A DNA stretch of 64,000 nt from Lingula anatina. Its lineage: Eukaryota > Animalia > Brachiopoda. Shown piece after piece: positions 1 to 13,787 of the stretch. The notes beneath the pieces were generated by a model. The model did no database searches. It saw only the letters and a list, made by a program, of their open reading frames with translations, and was not told where the DNA came from. Made by a program: the position numbers and the translations under genes. Every line of letters starts with the position of its first letter. Position 1 is the stretch's first letter. The stretch is from assembly GCA_051362555.1 (NCBI GenBank), contig CM120643.1, positions 14,668,644 through 14,732,643 on the forward strand, in the 5' to 3' direction.

Positions 1-1650
1 AATAAGCAATGTTTTGGCAGATTATTCATTGGATTCTTAATCTGTCTATCTCTCTTTCTCTCTCTCTCTATCTAATCTTATCTTATTTATCATTTCATTT
101 TAGATTTAGGGTTCTATCTCATCCAGATAAAGCAAATTTCTGTATATCTAAACCAATAATATAATCTTTACTTACAGATATAACTCCCATATTAAATCAA
201 AATTGATAAAAGTGTACATGAAATTCAATCAAAAGCCTATGTTGTATATTAGACGCAGGTAACTGACAAAACTTTTTTTTTAATTTTGAAAGTGCAGTAA
301 CAGTAAATTATTTAATAACCCACATATTTATTCCACAAAATATGAAGTGAGCTCTTAAATTAGAAATTGGAGCCAGCTTATTAAATTTTGACATAAAGGA
401 TCTAATAAAAGTGCACATTTTAGACCAAGGAGTGGGAAACTTGACATAATTTTTTATATTTTACTCAGTGAATGGTCTTATTTATGGCAAATCTTAAACA
501 GCAGTTTACAGAAAAAAAAACAACATAATTTGAAATTATATTGGTTCTAATATGTTAGTAATAAATGAAACAAAAGTGGCTTAAAACTAGGGGGCCTGTC
601 GGCAAGACTTGATGCAAGTTGTCCATGAATGGCGTTCCTTTATTTATTTATTTATTTATTTATTTGAAGTATCTGCAAGGACAAATATAATCAATCTGAT
701 TGCAGACACTATATCTAAACATGCGGAAAACTTTGGAAATACTGAACATCCCGAGGACCTGCACTACAACAAATCTGCAGGTCCTCCCAATTCTGTGCTG
801 GTTTGAAAAAGTATTTTTTTTCTGTTAGTCTTTGTTAACATGTGGTTTATTATTATGTCTTGTATTTTCACTTAAACCTTGCCAGTCCAGAGGACCTGTG
901 ACATCAAAAATTTTGTAGGTCCTGTGGCATTTCTAGAGGTCATGAACTGTCAGAAAGGCAGTCACCCATTGTGCTGTATATTTTTTAATGTCAAGAGAAA
1001 AAGATATAATTGTAATACCATGTCCCTTCTGCTATAATAGAGGTGTGGAATATGAAGACCATTTCATTGGCCATTACACAAAATAAGAAAAGGAACTTTG
1101 GTCTGCTGTTGGAAATCAAACATTGCATACCTATAGTCATATACTGCAAACCTGCTGGGGTATGTAGAACTATTGGGAGAAAATCTGCAATACATATTTT
1201 GAAATCAGGAATGAATCCCCGAATCCTTGACTGTAGTTAAAGATGGTGCATAGTATAGTGGTATACTACATCTTTACATAACTGCAAATGTACTTAGTCA
1301 CATCTTCACTGGTGTTTTTGTCAACAACAAATCTCCTTCATCTCCTCTTACAGCATGTGATATGCGAGACTGAGGAGTGGGTATCCAGGATAAAAAGCAA
1401 AGCTTCATCATTTCATAACATACCCACTGTTCAAACCAGAAGAAAGCTGGGTGTCAATTTTGTCTTTGTTTCAGATTGTGATTCAGCACAACACGAAAGT
1501 GAAAATTGTTTCATGTTTATTACATGTTTTTAATGTTTGGTTTTAGTTTGCATATGTGATGTTTTTCATTGTCAGACTCGGACATTATCAGAAATAATTG
1601 ATTAAAGTTAGGGTATGCTTATATTATAGTACAAATATAACTCTACAGAG

Positions 1651-1653
<3 letters not shown>

Positions 1654-1713
<60 letters not shown>
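1654..1713. repeat. (AT)n microsatellite
   Basis: Direct reading. Confidence 0.95.
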
Positions 1714-1716
<3 letters not shown>

Positions 1717-2827
1717 TGAATTGAAGTTATATTTGATCATCTTATTATCATCATTTTTTATTTATTTTTTTTTTTAATTTGAAACGTGAGCTTAGCTGTC
1801 AAAAAAAAAAAAAAACTCTGAAACCAAGATAATATAATACTTCCAATATCTATGTCAATACCTGTCGATTTCTCCTTTATGGAACAATAAGACATCTTAC
1901 GTGCTGTGAATCACGCACACAATGAGAATGGCTGTGCATGCAGTACTAATTGGATATGCTTACTTAGGAAAAGATGGCCAATTACCTGTTTCGTCAGGTA
2001 GGAGGGTTGATGTCAGGAAAATACATCAACGAGCAGGTCAGCTCATCACCTGTCCATTCGATCATAGGAAATATGAAAGCAAAACATGTGGGGAAGGTCA
2101 CATACTTTCAGTTGCTGGGTTGCACATACTTTAAACTTTACAACCAGAAAAAAAGAAGGATGATCCACATGACAGAGCAACATTACACTGCTCCTCAAAT
2201 GGGAGATCACTTAACAATTATGTCTAAAGCAATGACAAAATTAATACCTATGGAACTAAAGCCATGGGGATGGGGGTAAGTGTGGTAGGAGGGGGTAGGT
2301 AGTGAATTAAAAGGCAAAGACATAAAATGAATTTAATAATTCAAAAGAAAGAGTATTAGTAGATAATACATTATGTTCATGGGCATATGCAACTCCATAA
2401 GTATATATTATGCTTGTACAGTAAACTTTAGGAAAACCAGTGTTTGTAACTTGAAACCTAAAAGTCATACAAAATGTACCTATGATCCATGCTTTATTCT
2501 TATAAAAAGTGATATTTGGCCCACTGCCTTTAAGGGAAAAATTACTAATACTAAACCCACCATGGCACGTACAACATGAAGAAATCCACCCTCGCCTTGG
2601 CAGCATGATTCTTTGGCATTAGAGTAAATAGAATGTGCATGTGCTTTGTTTACATCAAATCTAAAGAAAACTAAATGTTTCTTTGTAAGGCGACCTTTAA
2701 GTGTGTCAGGTGAGACTTCAATTTAGAGTGAGGAAGGAATGGGTGGGTGTATTGTGTGTGTGAGCAATTATAATGTCCACCTACACCTCATGTGACTTAA
2801 ACATTGGAAAAAAAGCTTTTTCTCCAG

Positions 2828-4910
2828 ATGGTCGCAGGGTCTAACATCAAACCAGGTGAGCGAGAACTTGTGATACAAAGAAAATCTTGAAAATTCAAAT
2901 TATGTGGTGGTAAGTCCGACAGCTGAAACCACGCTTCCTTTCATGTGCCAGTGATTCACAGTCTCAAGGTTTGTGTTTTTTTGTTGAAATTTGGTTTTGT
3001 TAGAAGTTATGATGACATGCTGAAGGAGAGGTCCTTGATATATACACTAAATATTTGCAGTATATCATAAATTTGTCACAAAGAATGTTAAGTCCCAGTA
3101 TAAGCAAGTTTGTTTTTTCCTTCCATTGTGAATCTTAATTTTTTTTCTTTATGCTTTTTCATGTACAGCACATTTAGGGTACATTAAATAAAGCAGTTTT
3201 AAATATATAGCTGGGGTCCGATTCCCTCAATCTAAGCAACTTATAATGCAATATTTAATGCAGCATTTAGAACCTGCTTTTTTTCTGCCATGATCTTCAT
3301 GATGGTAAGTTATCCTACCAAATCTTTATAACCAGATTTTCAGTGTGGGAAACCACTGAAAGCTGGAGTCATATGATTTTTACACATTCTGGATGTAGCC
3401 TATACTGAACTTAACCCTGAATCAAGACACAAGCTGTCCCAGGGATGGATGGAAGCCATCTGCTGGATCTTCTGGAAGACGGTCAGAATTTTCAAGTTTA
3501 CATGAAATTTTCTGTTGGAAGATGGTCAAAATTGGAGGATGGATATAATAACATATATGAAATCATTTTAAATTTGTCTTCTTATAGTTTTAAAACTTAC
3601 CTACTCTCAGTCAAATACTTATGTCTCCTGCAAAATGAAATAACTGTATCTATAATAACAAAAAAGATACATATAAATATGTAAGACTACAAGACAATGT
3701 GCTTGTATTCTCTAGCATTCTATGAAAACAAATGAAATGAACCATTAAAATCAATCCAATAAACATGCTAGGCCATCTGTATGATTATACTTTTCATGCA
3801 GTGGGAAGGCTATTGCCATACTCCTTCTATTTTCATGGAATCATGACTCAGTATCATGTGGATCCAGATCAAGTTAAATCATCCATTTCCAGCCAGGATA
3901 TCATGCTGTCCAGGCATACATAAAGAATCAAGCACTGGTCTCAGAAATTCAACTTGCTGTATTTGTTTTGGGTCAAGATGTAATTCATGTACTCCTGGAG
4001 TGAGTGCACCTGTTAAAAGCTATTAGAGTTACATGTATGATAATCTTTTTTTTTTCCACCATCTATTTTTTCCTTTTCAAAATGTAGACTCTTTGTGTGT
4101 TAAGGCTTAACACATATAAAGACCCCGTTCCCATACCTAGATCGATCTATCAGGATCAACTCATCCACGAGGGGGTTTCTTGCTAAATTACATTCAGCTT
4201 AAGCGGCTCTGCATGATGTTTGGCGTGCCTACAGAGGCTGTTTTGGGGTAATTAACCATCATTAAGCAGCCTCAGTAGGTGTGCCAGACATCTAAGCCAC
4301 TTAAACTGAATGCAATTTAGCGAGAAATCCCTTGGAGATGGGTTGATCCTGCTAGATCAATCTAGGTATGGGAACGGGGTCTAACTGAGAGTACACCGTG
4401 CATGTGTACTCCATGACTAAACAATGGGTGTGGGAGGGAGCGTGTGTGGGTGTGTGTGTGAGTGTTTAATCTCTAATTTAATATTGTTTACATTTAGTGA
4501 CCACAGATTATAAAGAAATAATCTAAGACATCTGCTAAAATTCCACATCCTATCTCTAATCTTACCTTTACCTTTGAAAAATCTTTTAACTACTCGGATG
4601 TCAAATCTACTTGCCACCTGCCTTAGACCATTAACTAATTATCAAACTTTTTTATGTCACAAGAGTTGTTTATAAGCCATTTTCAAAATTAAATTGTTTT
4701 TTTTTTTCAGAGTACAGCTTTCTCATTAGACCCTCAAGCTGGACTTACTGCCTCTTGATCAAGATTCTAATGGACCATTGACTAATTATCTAAGTGTTTT
4801 TATGTCACTAATTTTACTTTTTAATATATCTATTTTCAAAATTTTCTGTGTTCTTTTTTCAGAGCACAGCTTTCTCATTAGACCCTCAACCTGGACCCAG
4901 TGGCTCTTGA
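2828..4910 (+). CDS. Probable last coding exons of an unidentified gene entering from the left edge
   Basis: A 28-nt micro-exon at 2828-2855 (tttttctccag|...CAG|gtgag) joined to the acceptor at 4863 is open in two frames: (R)WSQGLTSNQSTAFSLDPQPGPSGS* (stop 4910) or MVAGSNIKPEHSFLIRPSTWTQWLLIKTLA*. Weaker exon candidates lie at 178-258 and from 1354. UTR-like sequence follows, with AATAAA at 6261. Protein not recognised. Confidence 0.35.
4120..4382. mobile_element. Fold-back MITE, family copy 1
   Basis: AGACCCCGTTCCCATACCTAGAT..ATCTAGGTATGGGAACGGGGTCT; palindromic over most of its length; second copy at 25322. Confidence 0.8.
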
Positions 4911-4915
4911 TCAAA
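4626..4915 (+). repeat. ~150-bp tandem duplication containing a splice acceptor
   Basis: GACCATT(A/G)ACTAATTATC..TATGTCAC..TTTTCAAAATT..TTTTTCAG AG(T/C)ACAGCTTTCTCATTAGACCCTCAA.CTGGAC..CTCTTGATCAA occurs twice. Confidence 0.85.
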
Positions 4916-7900
4916 ACTCTCGCTTAGTGTTTGCGATTCGTGCAAAGACTTAACATGTGCAGGTCGACGTAACAAGGCATGGAATCTCAAACAAGCATGT
5001 GGAATGTCGTAATCTCTCAAAATTATTGCCACATCAACAGAAATGTAAGGTCATTCATCAATATAGTGTTCACATTTTGTCTTCTTTATAAATTTTTCGA
5101 TGAGCTGTCTTGGAGACTGTTAAAAGATTTGGAGGACTTTAAAACCTGGCAGGATTTGATACTGGATATTTTTTCAGTGTTGAAGACATTTTCTGGGACT
5201 ATTGGTATGTTAAGGAACGTTTTTTTGTGGGAGAGATTTCAAATTAAGCAGGAAACAACTACAGTATGTGCACATCAAATGGAAAGAAGTTACGCCTCAA
5301 AATGGAGAAAATCTTCAGCAAGTGGAACAAGAAGAAAAATAAAATGGATCTGGAAAACAGTAGTGAAGTAAGAATTGGGGAGTCCTTCTAGGAGTGAAGT
5401 CACATGTAATGTGATGCACTGTGTGACTTTTTTTTTCATTTTTTAGCACCTGCTAGTTTGAGATAAGTAGCCAAAGAGTGTGAAAAACTAGTCTCCTGCG
5501 TACTGAATGTACTTTTTTCAAGATTATAATGTCTTCATCTGACATGTTATATATGATATTATTATATGTTATATAAAACTACATTGGTCTTATATATATC
5601 TAAAGTACATTATTTATTTTTATATGAAGTGAAAACATGAGATACTGTATTATTGACAGGGCTCATTCAAATCAGGTTTATTTTTTCAAGACAGTCTTTT
5701 AGCAGATTCGTGTTTTTAATAATATCTTGTTAAAAGCTAAATTATGTAACTTTTTATGTAACACTCTGTGCCTAATTAAATGTGGAGTAAATCAATTATT
5801 TTGGCATTATGTATACTGCAATTTAATTTTAAGGCTGCCAAGTTTAAACATTACAACTTAAGTCCTCTTCACATCATGTGTTATACTTATCTGTAGGGAA
5901 ACACTCAGCAGGATTCACAACAAAAAATACTTTTACGTAAAAAAAAATCACCTTAAAACAGAGCCATATACTCAATACTGACAGTTAACCTATTAATTTT
6001 AACTGATGGGTCCAAAAAGTTGAAAGCATTATTGTAAATTGGAGCAGAACTCCTCAGAGGGTAATAACTATATATAAGGACCATTCCAGGTGTTACAACA
6101 TAGATAAATGTAACACATGATGTGTAAGCGACCAAAGTATATTTTTAATATTGCATCAGGCTGTTGCATCTTTTGTCTCGGTGGATTTATAAAAAAAACA
6201 GTGTTAAACTTCTGTTTTAATTTTATGTAGTGTTTTCAAGTTTTAAATTTGCTATTTATAAATAAAGCTATATTATTGCAACATGTTCAAAAGAGAAATG
6301 TTGCATAATGCTTACCATTGTATTACAATGGTTACAGAATTACAATATCAAACATCAACGATTTATAACAATCTACATTTTCACATTAATATGATACTTT
6401 TTCAACAACTTACAATGACTTGTGACATTAAAAATACAAATTTAAACCATATGCAACAACATTAATGCAATTAAAACATCACCATCTCTAAATGTCGCAT
6501 CAGTATACATTAAGAAGAAAGTACATTATACAATATAACAATACTTTAACTATACTTGACACAAGTTCAGTGTTATGTCACCTAGAAACAATGCACAATG
6601 CCATTTTACAATAAACATTTTACAACATGACATGTAAGTAACAAATTCATTACAACATGCTAGGACACCTGCAGGACATTACACCAAGCAATAATTATTG
6701 AAATTTGTCTCTTGGTTATATAAAGGTCTAATTATTGGTGTATGACCGTCAAAACAAATACGCAATGTTTGAGTACGGCTATATTCTGAATGGAAATATT
6801 TTTGACAGCTAAAATCCCACAAATGGTCCCTTGAATTGACTTATTTAAAAATGTATAGATCATAAAAGTTTTATCTTCTTTGAAATACTGTTGGAGAGGT
6901 AAAAGTGGTCTTGTTTGAAATTTTTAGGCTGTCTTTCAAGCATTGTTTTCTGGCATGTTGACCATGTCTGTTTTTTTTTTTTCTTTGAGATGCTGGTCAT
7001 TTGAAAACAATAAGCTACATTGTAGTATGTTGCATGTATATTCAAAATGTTTAAAGCAAAATTATTTCTATTGTTATCTGTGTATTTGTTGTTAATTTTT
7101 TCTTTTTTGATTGGTTATCTAATAATACATGTATGTTTTAAATTATTTTTACTTTTTATCTACTTTTTGAATGGTCTCGTGGATAATCAAGGGTGTGACG
7201 AGACACAGTTATGAACCTTTTAAAGTTAAGACCTAAATCACATCACAAGGTATTTAAATTGTTTCACCAGTGAGCTAAAAAAAATGGGAATCAGCTGAGA
7301 TAGCTTAAAACGAGACCCTCGACACTTTGAAACATCATACGAGACAATAATCTTGCAAGTATCAATTTTGCGAGTTGGGGTTAACTTTTTAGCAACAGGG
7401 GCCAAATTCATAAATTTCTTCTTAGAGACACCAAAGTGTCACTCATAATGTGGCCGATGTGTCCTGCAGAGCAACAGATTTCTAATTAAACAGAAAGTAA
7501 GAGAAAACAACCAGTAAAATGCCCACAGATAAATTCTGTCAGCTTAGATTCAGTGCTGCATTGCATTTACTGTTTTATCAATATTTTTGACCCCAGTGCC
7601 CTCCACATTACTGCAAAATCTTGCTTGATTTTACATTATGTCATGAGACTCGAGGCTATCTCAGATAATTTTCATTGAAAATTCAGCAATAGGCTTATTA
7701 GCAATCTACTCATAATAGCTCTTCCTAACAGTAGCAAATCCAGCAGAGCAAAGCCAATAGCTCTAACTGGGCTGAGACTGTTAAATCACTGGTAAATGAA
7801 TTTGGTCATCTTGTGATGTCATCAATACCTGAACCAGTCTAGGTTGATCTCTGTGTCTGATTGCACCTTTTGGGTGATTCTAGGGTAGACTACATATGGG

Positions 7901-9000
7901 ATCTCTGTCTCTCCTCATAAAGCGAAGAGTTATTCTCATGGCTATGATTTTTTCTGTGGGTAAGATTATAGACAGTACTATATTCGAGATATCAGGGGTT
8001 GGTTTCACTAAAGTACCAGTAAGAATGAAAATTGGTGGTTACTTTGATCCATGATACTTAAGTAATAGTCTGCTGTAATGAAACATTGTATCTTATAGTA
8101 AAAAGAGAGAAATGGTAAATGCTATAGACCAATGATCATCTTTTTTATAGTGGACCACTGGATTAATCCAGTAAGTTGAAAAGGGCCAAACTTCTTGGTC
8201 CTTAAGTATGGAGATTATTATATATTATAATAACTTTTGGCCATAAGTTTGTAAAACCAGCCCCTGATTGTATAAAATTTTGGTGGTTTTATGGTCCACT
8301 TTAATCAGCCCTGTATACAAATGCAAAAGTGAAAGTATTTTTACAGTGGTGGTGCTATATGTTCTTATTATACATTTATATAATATAAACAAATTAAAGC
8401 TACATTTCGGTCTCATTAAGAGTACTATATTATATGATATTTGCTACACCCTTTGTTACGTTTGTATGGTAATTTATATTGTTATGTTGATATTTTGAAA
8501 TTCATTGATTAAACTTTCTACAGGTTTTGTAAGCAAATTTAGAGTAAGAAGACACCTTTGCTGTGCAATGATCTCAAAGTTGTCAGATGGTTCAAGTACA
8601 AATGGAGCATGTAAAAACTTTAACAAGGACACTCTTTTGGATTTAATATCATAATAGCCAACTGCACAGAAACAATATCACCTGATTCAAGCATTGAAGT
8701 GAATTTTTATTTAATCCGTAAGATAGACTAAAAGTAATTAAAGTAAATTTTCTAACTGAGGTTAAAGCACCTAAATTGATTCTTGTAAGAAGGCTCATAT
8801 AAAAAAGCATCATGTTATGATTAAGCTCAGTCAGCCATTAAAGTAGTCAGAAATCTCTTGTATGCAACATATGGTCATAAGTACAGGACTATGGAAATAA
8901 TGTTAATGATACTGGTAGTGAACTATTTCCATAGTTTAATTGTTTGTTGCTCCCACGGATTGTTTGTTGTTACTGAAGTATCCACAAGTACTGTTACACA

Positions 9001-9173
9001 GGGAGAGTCTCGATAGTCGAAAGGTTCATTGGTCTGAAGATTCATTGGTCCAAAAAATGGTAACTTTTCATCAGTTTTTTAATCAAGGGTTCATTGGTCT
9101 GAAGGTTCTATAGTGAACATACAGACCAATGAACATTCAGACCAATGAACCTTCAGACTATTGCTACGGCCCC
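9001..9173. mobile_element. Small TIR element with subterminal repeats and 8-bp TSD (superfamily uncertain)
   Basis: GTTACACA is directly repeated at 8993-9000 and 9174-9181; inverted ~15-bp subrepeats GGTTCATTGGTCTGAA / TTCAGACCAATGAACC. Confidence 0.7.
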
Positions 9174-12100
9174 GTTACACAAGCAAAAACCAAATGGGGA
9201 TCTCAATCACAGGAACTCTTCTATTTTTGCTTGAGTATCTTTTACTTTGTATGCCTTGTGTGAAAATATCTTTTAAGTAAATAAACCTTGTGTGAAAATA
9301 TCTTTAAATTTATGTCAATATAACTTCATGAAAAAAATGTGCATGTTATTTAAAACTTTTTTCAAATTAGAAAAGAAGGTGAAGGATTTACAACCATAAA
9401 ATATAATATACAATAGTTAAATTAATCATCCTGATCTCCCCTCCCCCCCCCCAAAAAAAAAAAAAAACAAATTTATAAAATTTTCTGACAGTCATATTTA
9501 TTTAACAATTAACCCATGAACTAAATATTCCACAACACAAATACTACTTCATGGTTTTATTCACAATATAATAGATCTTAAATAAACCTAGCTGAAATGT
9601 ACTATTAAATATTGATTGTCCAAAGCTCCCATTGAAATATATATCTTCTCCCATATCACTGCCTCACATGTTTGAACATGAATGACCACAAAAGTCATGA
9701 CAAGCCTCTTTACCACCAAGGTCATTTCGCAAATGAAACCTTTCTATATATAATAGTTAAACTAGAACTTGCTGGATGTGATAGCACATTCAATCATAAA
9801 ATTGAGTGACAAATATGTGGCAGAGATAGGGAAAGAAGAAGTCCGTGGGCCTCTAAATAATACCGGAGTGGTTACTTTTTTTCAATGAACAAAGAATAAG
9901 TGCAAGTATTGTTACCCTTGTGGCAGAAATAATTGTGGAACTGTACATTTAAGAAAGGCAAGAGATTTCATCTGGTAATGCTGACTGCTAGAGATGAAAG
10001 TCCCTATACCCCGTCTGGCTCATTGCAAACAAGCTTACAAATGCACATGGAGGGAGGGTTCAAATTATGCAGGACAAAATCACTGTTCACTAGTCGCTAC
10101 AAATACACAAAGTAACTTTCTCTAAATGATGACAATATTGATTGGTCATGAACTATAAAATGAAAGCTTCAATCAAGTTGTTAAAAAATCTAAGTTTATA
10201 ATGATTAATAGAAGATTTCTTTACTAAACTGAAGTAAATCATGTGATAATATAAATTATTATACAAAAATATATTAAAAATGGCAGTGCTGGGTGAGACA
10301 GAAAGAAAGAAAAAAAAGAAAGGAAAAGAGGTAACAAGCAAAACAGTCATGACATATTTTCTTATGTCATCGAGATTCAAAAGTGCACCAGGGGAAATAA
10401 AACCAGAAAATTAAATGCTGAATTCTACCAGGTGGTCACTAAAATCATATAATTAACTAGGAATCCAACAAGGAATTCCCCCTTCTAAGATAATTGATAC
10501 TTCCCCCTCTCTACCACAGGTATGAAGATATGTTGAGGATGAATGAGCCAAGTTCTGCTAAGAGAACCACCAAATATTTCCTGTTTTTCACCAGGCGTCT
10601 TTGTGCGTGTTCCCATTGCTGGCCCACCCTAACCACACAAAGAGATCTGGGTCCCAAGACTGGATTAACTCTTAGCCACCCCATGCATGCTTTACATAGT
10701 ACTTTGACTTCTTGACAAGTTTGGATTGTGCACTAAATAACTTCCAAAAAGGGGTGAACTAATTAAAATTGAACAATAGTCTGGGATTTTTTCTGCATGA
10801 TTTAGTTTGGTTTGAATACAGCTTCAGTATCATTGTTCTACAGTGCAAGAACTCCATGAAAGGTTGAATTAATTGTGTACAAAGCTTGCTTTGTGATTCA
10901 GCTTTAGTGTTTTTCTGTTAAAATTTGGTTTTTACAAGCTAAAAAAACTGGTCTTGTTACAATTCCTCCCCCCCCCCCACCCCATTTCAGAATATATATT
11001 AAGTGCAATCCATTTCTTTTTTATTTTGCTTGTTTTATGACCCAGGCTTATTGTATAATATGACTTTTTACATGCTTAAAAAATTGTATTACATAAATTA
11101 AACATTAACCATTTCAAAAATGTGTGCATAAAGTGAAATCCTTTTAATTAATATTCAAATCAATTTTAAGCACTTTTTGGTCCCATTTTGCTATCAATGA
11201 AACTGACAAGGTGGGTTATTGGTGAATTACTATGGGGAAAACTGTAAGTATGTGGGGAAACACAATATTTATGGTGATAGTGTTGTGGGCTGGGAGAAAT
11301 ACAGATTCTGTAAATCTGTTTAAAAAAGTGTGGGAACAGTGGTTACGGTAATGCTCATACTTGTTAGTTATAGTTAAAAAGCAGGGTTGTCTGCAAACTT
11401 CCGTGATTGTACAGCTAAAAACAAAAAATGAAATAAAATAAAAAATAAACAAAAATAAAAGAAAAAAGAAAAACTTTTGCAAAGAGAGGCATATTGCATC
11501 CATTCCCCCCTCAAACAATATTTATCCATCAAATTAACAAATATTTGGCAATTATCGTTAATCACTGATAATCCTTTTTGGCAAGATTTCCACACCTCAA
11601 TATAAACACACAGATATAAGATACTACTGTGTTATCAGTGATACACATCTAGATTAAGTAAACATTTCAGTGCTCTCATCTGCAACCACTTAAGACAAAA
11701 TTTTATTTATTTATTCAAGTTCTATTTTGCCTTTGCTGTCTCTCCAAACTGATACTAAAGACAAAAACCCACTATTGTTTTAATTCAATCAAATGTCATC
11801 GTTTACAAATCAAATTTAATTTAGCATTGTAAATGTTAGGCCAGCTTTGTTTCGAAACAAAAAGAAAAGTCTTACAGTTGAATCAGGCATGTTACTCCCA
11901 ACCACAAAACCCACAAAAATTCAGTTTAGGTGTGTCTGTTTAACTTTCAAATTTCATTTATTCACAAGTTTAATTCAGTTTGTCTAGCTGTTGAAGGTAA
12001 GATCAATTCCAAAACACCACTCATCATAGTTAATACTCTGGTTGACAAAATGCAATAATTACATTTCGTGATTCCATCAAAACATAAATAATTGTTATCC

Positions 12101-12216
12101 CCTAGCAAGGTTAATACCTGTATCTGAACCAGTTTTTCCACCATTTAAAGGAAGAATGATATTTTGGTAAGAGCTTATAACCTCTAAACCAGATCATATT
12201 TAGAGCTCCTAGATCA

Positions 12217-12492
12217 GGCCTTATAAACGGATTAAGCGTTTACTAACACTACCCGCAGATTTTTCACCCAGTAATGTCCATATTAACCACATAACCCACT
12301 AATTAACCAACACACCGTAAAAAGTATTTACCACTGCCATAATAATTCCTAGTACTAACACTCATCCACTATGGTAGTGGTAAATACTTTTTACGGTGTG
12401 TTGGTTAATTAGTGGGTTATGTGGTTAACATGGACATTAGTATAAAAGATCTGTGGATAGTGTTAGTAAACATCTAATCCATTTATAAGGCC
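12217..12492. mobile_element. Fold-back MITE
   Basis: GGCCTTATAAA..TTTATAAGGCC termini; ~120-bp arms including a perfect ~50-bp stem (TTAACCACATAACCCACTAATTAACCAACACACCGTAAAAAGTATTTACCACT). Confidence 0.75.
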
Positions 12493-13747
12493 CATAGAGA
12501 GATTCTGTGAAAAAAGGATACAAGGAAATAAAGTTTTAACTGCACTAGAAGGGCATTCCAGCCAAAGCATTGGACTGCCTTTATTCATTTACTTCATCCA
12601 TTCATGGAAGGAACAGTTAGAAAACACACAAGGGGCTCCCAAACACATTGACAACCCTTGAATGCCCCCCCCCCTCCCCTCCCCAACACCTTAAATAAGT
12701 ACCATTACCCAGGTACTCTGTTAAAAGTGGGGTGATTTTAGTCATTTATTTTTACCTTTCATCACAGTAGAAAGCTTTGTACACAAAAGGCTTAAAGTTA
12801 TCCTTTCTAAAAGTGAAAAGTTTCTTAAAGACAATTTCAAAATTTTTCTGCAGCAATTTCTTTATTTAATGTTCTAAAAGGGGCCAGACTATGAGGTAAC
12901 ACACTTCACTTTTTTCATTCGACTCTCATTCATGCATTTTTGTATCCTACTGGCATATACATGCACATGTTACATATGAAGGTCCAAATTTCCAAAGAAA
13001 AAGTCTTGTTAGTTATGACTGTGAAGTCATCCAAAACTGATTATCTACAAGGATAAATCTTCCAAAACAGCAGCCCCTGAAAGAGTCATAACTAACCCAT
13101 CTATAAAAAAATTAACATCCTGGAAACAACCAAAAAGGAAGGAATAATATTAATCCATTCAATTTCTAATAACGTACAACTGATTTTATGTATTAAATTT
13201 TGTATTTCTAAATCCCTTTTTTCCATCCCAACTTTATTGTATTGCTTTGACTTAAAAGTTTTTTTGAAGTTGTAAGTATACTTTATTATGTCTGGATGTT
13301 ATATATAAAATTACTTCTCCTCGAATGACAATATGATACTATAACCTTCACCTCATGATCTTTAATTTCCTCCCTTTATGCTGTGAGACACGCCAATACA
13401 ATAAAGACATGAAGTTTTTGCAATAGATCTGTTTTATTACAAGAGAGAGAGAGTAGAAACTGATCACATCGGACAGAGGTGGGCCACTGTAGTTGAGAAA
13501 AAAAAGTGTTTTGTCTGCTACCAAAAATACTTTTGTATCCAGATAATAATCAATAATGATGTCTGCATTGAATATATGCATCTGCAATCTAAACCTTGAC
13601 CTAAAAGACTGCTTGTGCTCAAATGTTACAAAGACAATGCATGTTTTTTTTCACCGATTCAGAATTGAATCTTTTCATCTTTCCAAAAAGCCAGACTGCC
13701 ACCAAGGCCCCTTGCATCCTCTTAAGTCATGCACTTCTATCCCAACT

Positions 13748-13750
13748 TAA

Positions 13751-13785
<35 letters not shown>

Positions 13786-13787
13786 AT
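13748..13787. repeat. (TAAA)n microsatellite
   Basis: Direct reading. Confidence 0.9.

Noticed and set aside
3005-3090. ATGATGA as a C/D snoRNA box C
   Set aside because: No terminal box D at a suitable distance and no terminal stem.
4908-5012. Open, Cys-containing frame after TGA (possible selenocysteine or readthrough)
   Set aside because: No SECIS or readthrough context could be recognised; the length is compatible with chance.
4979-5371. 130-aa ORF
   Set aside because: No recognisable domain; lies in presumed 3' UTR with AT-rich composition.
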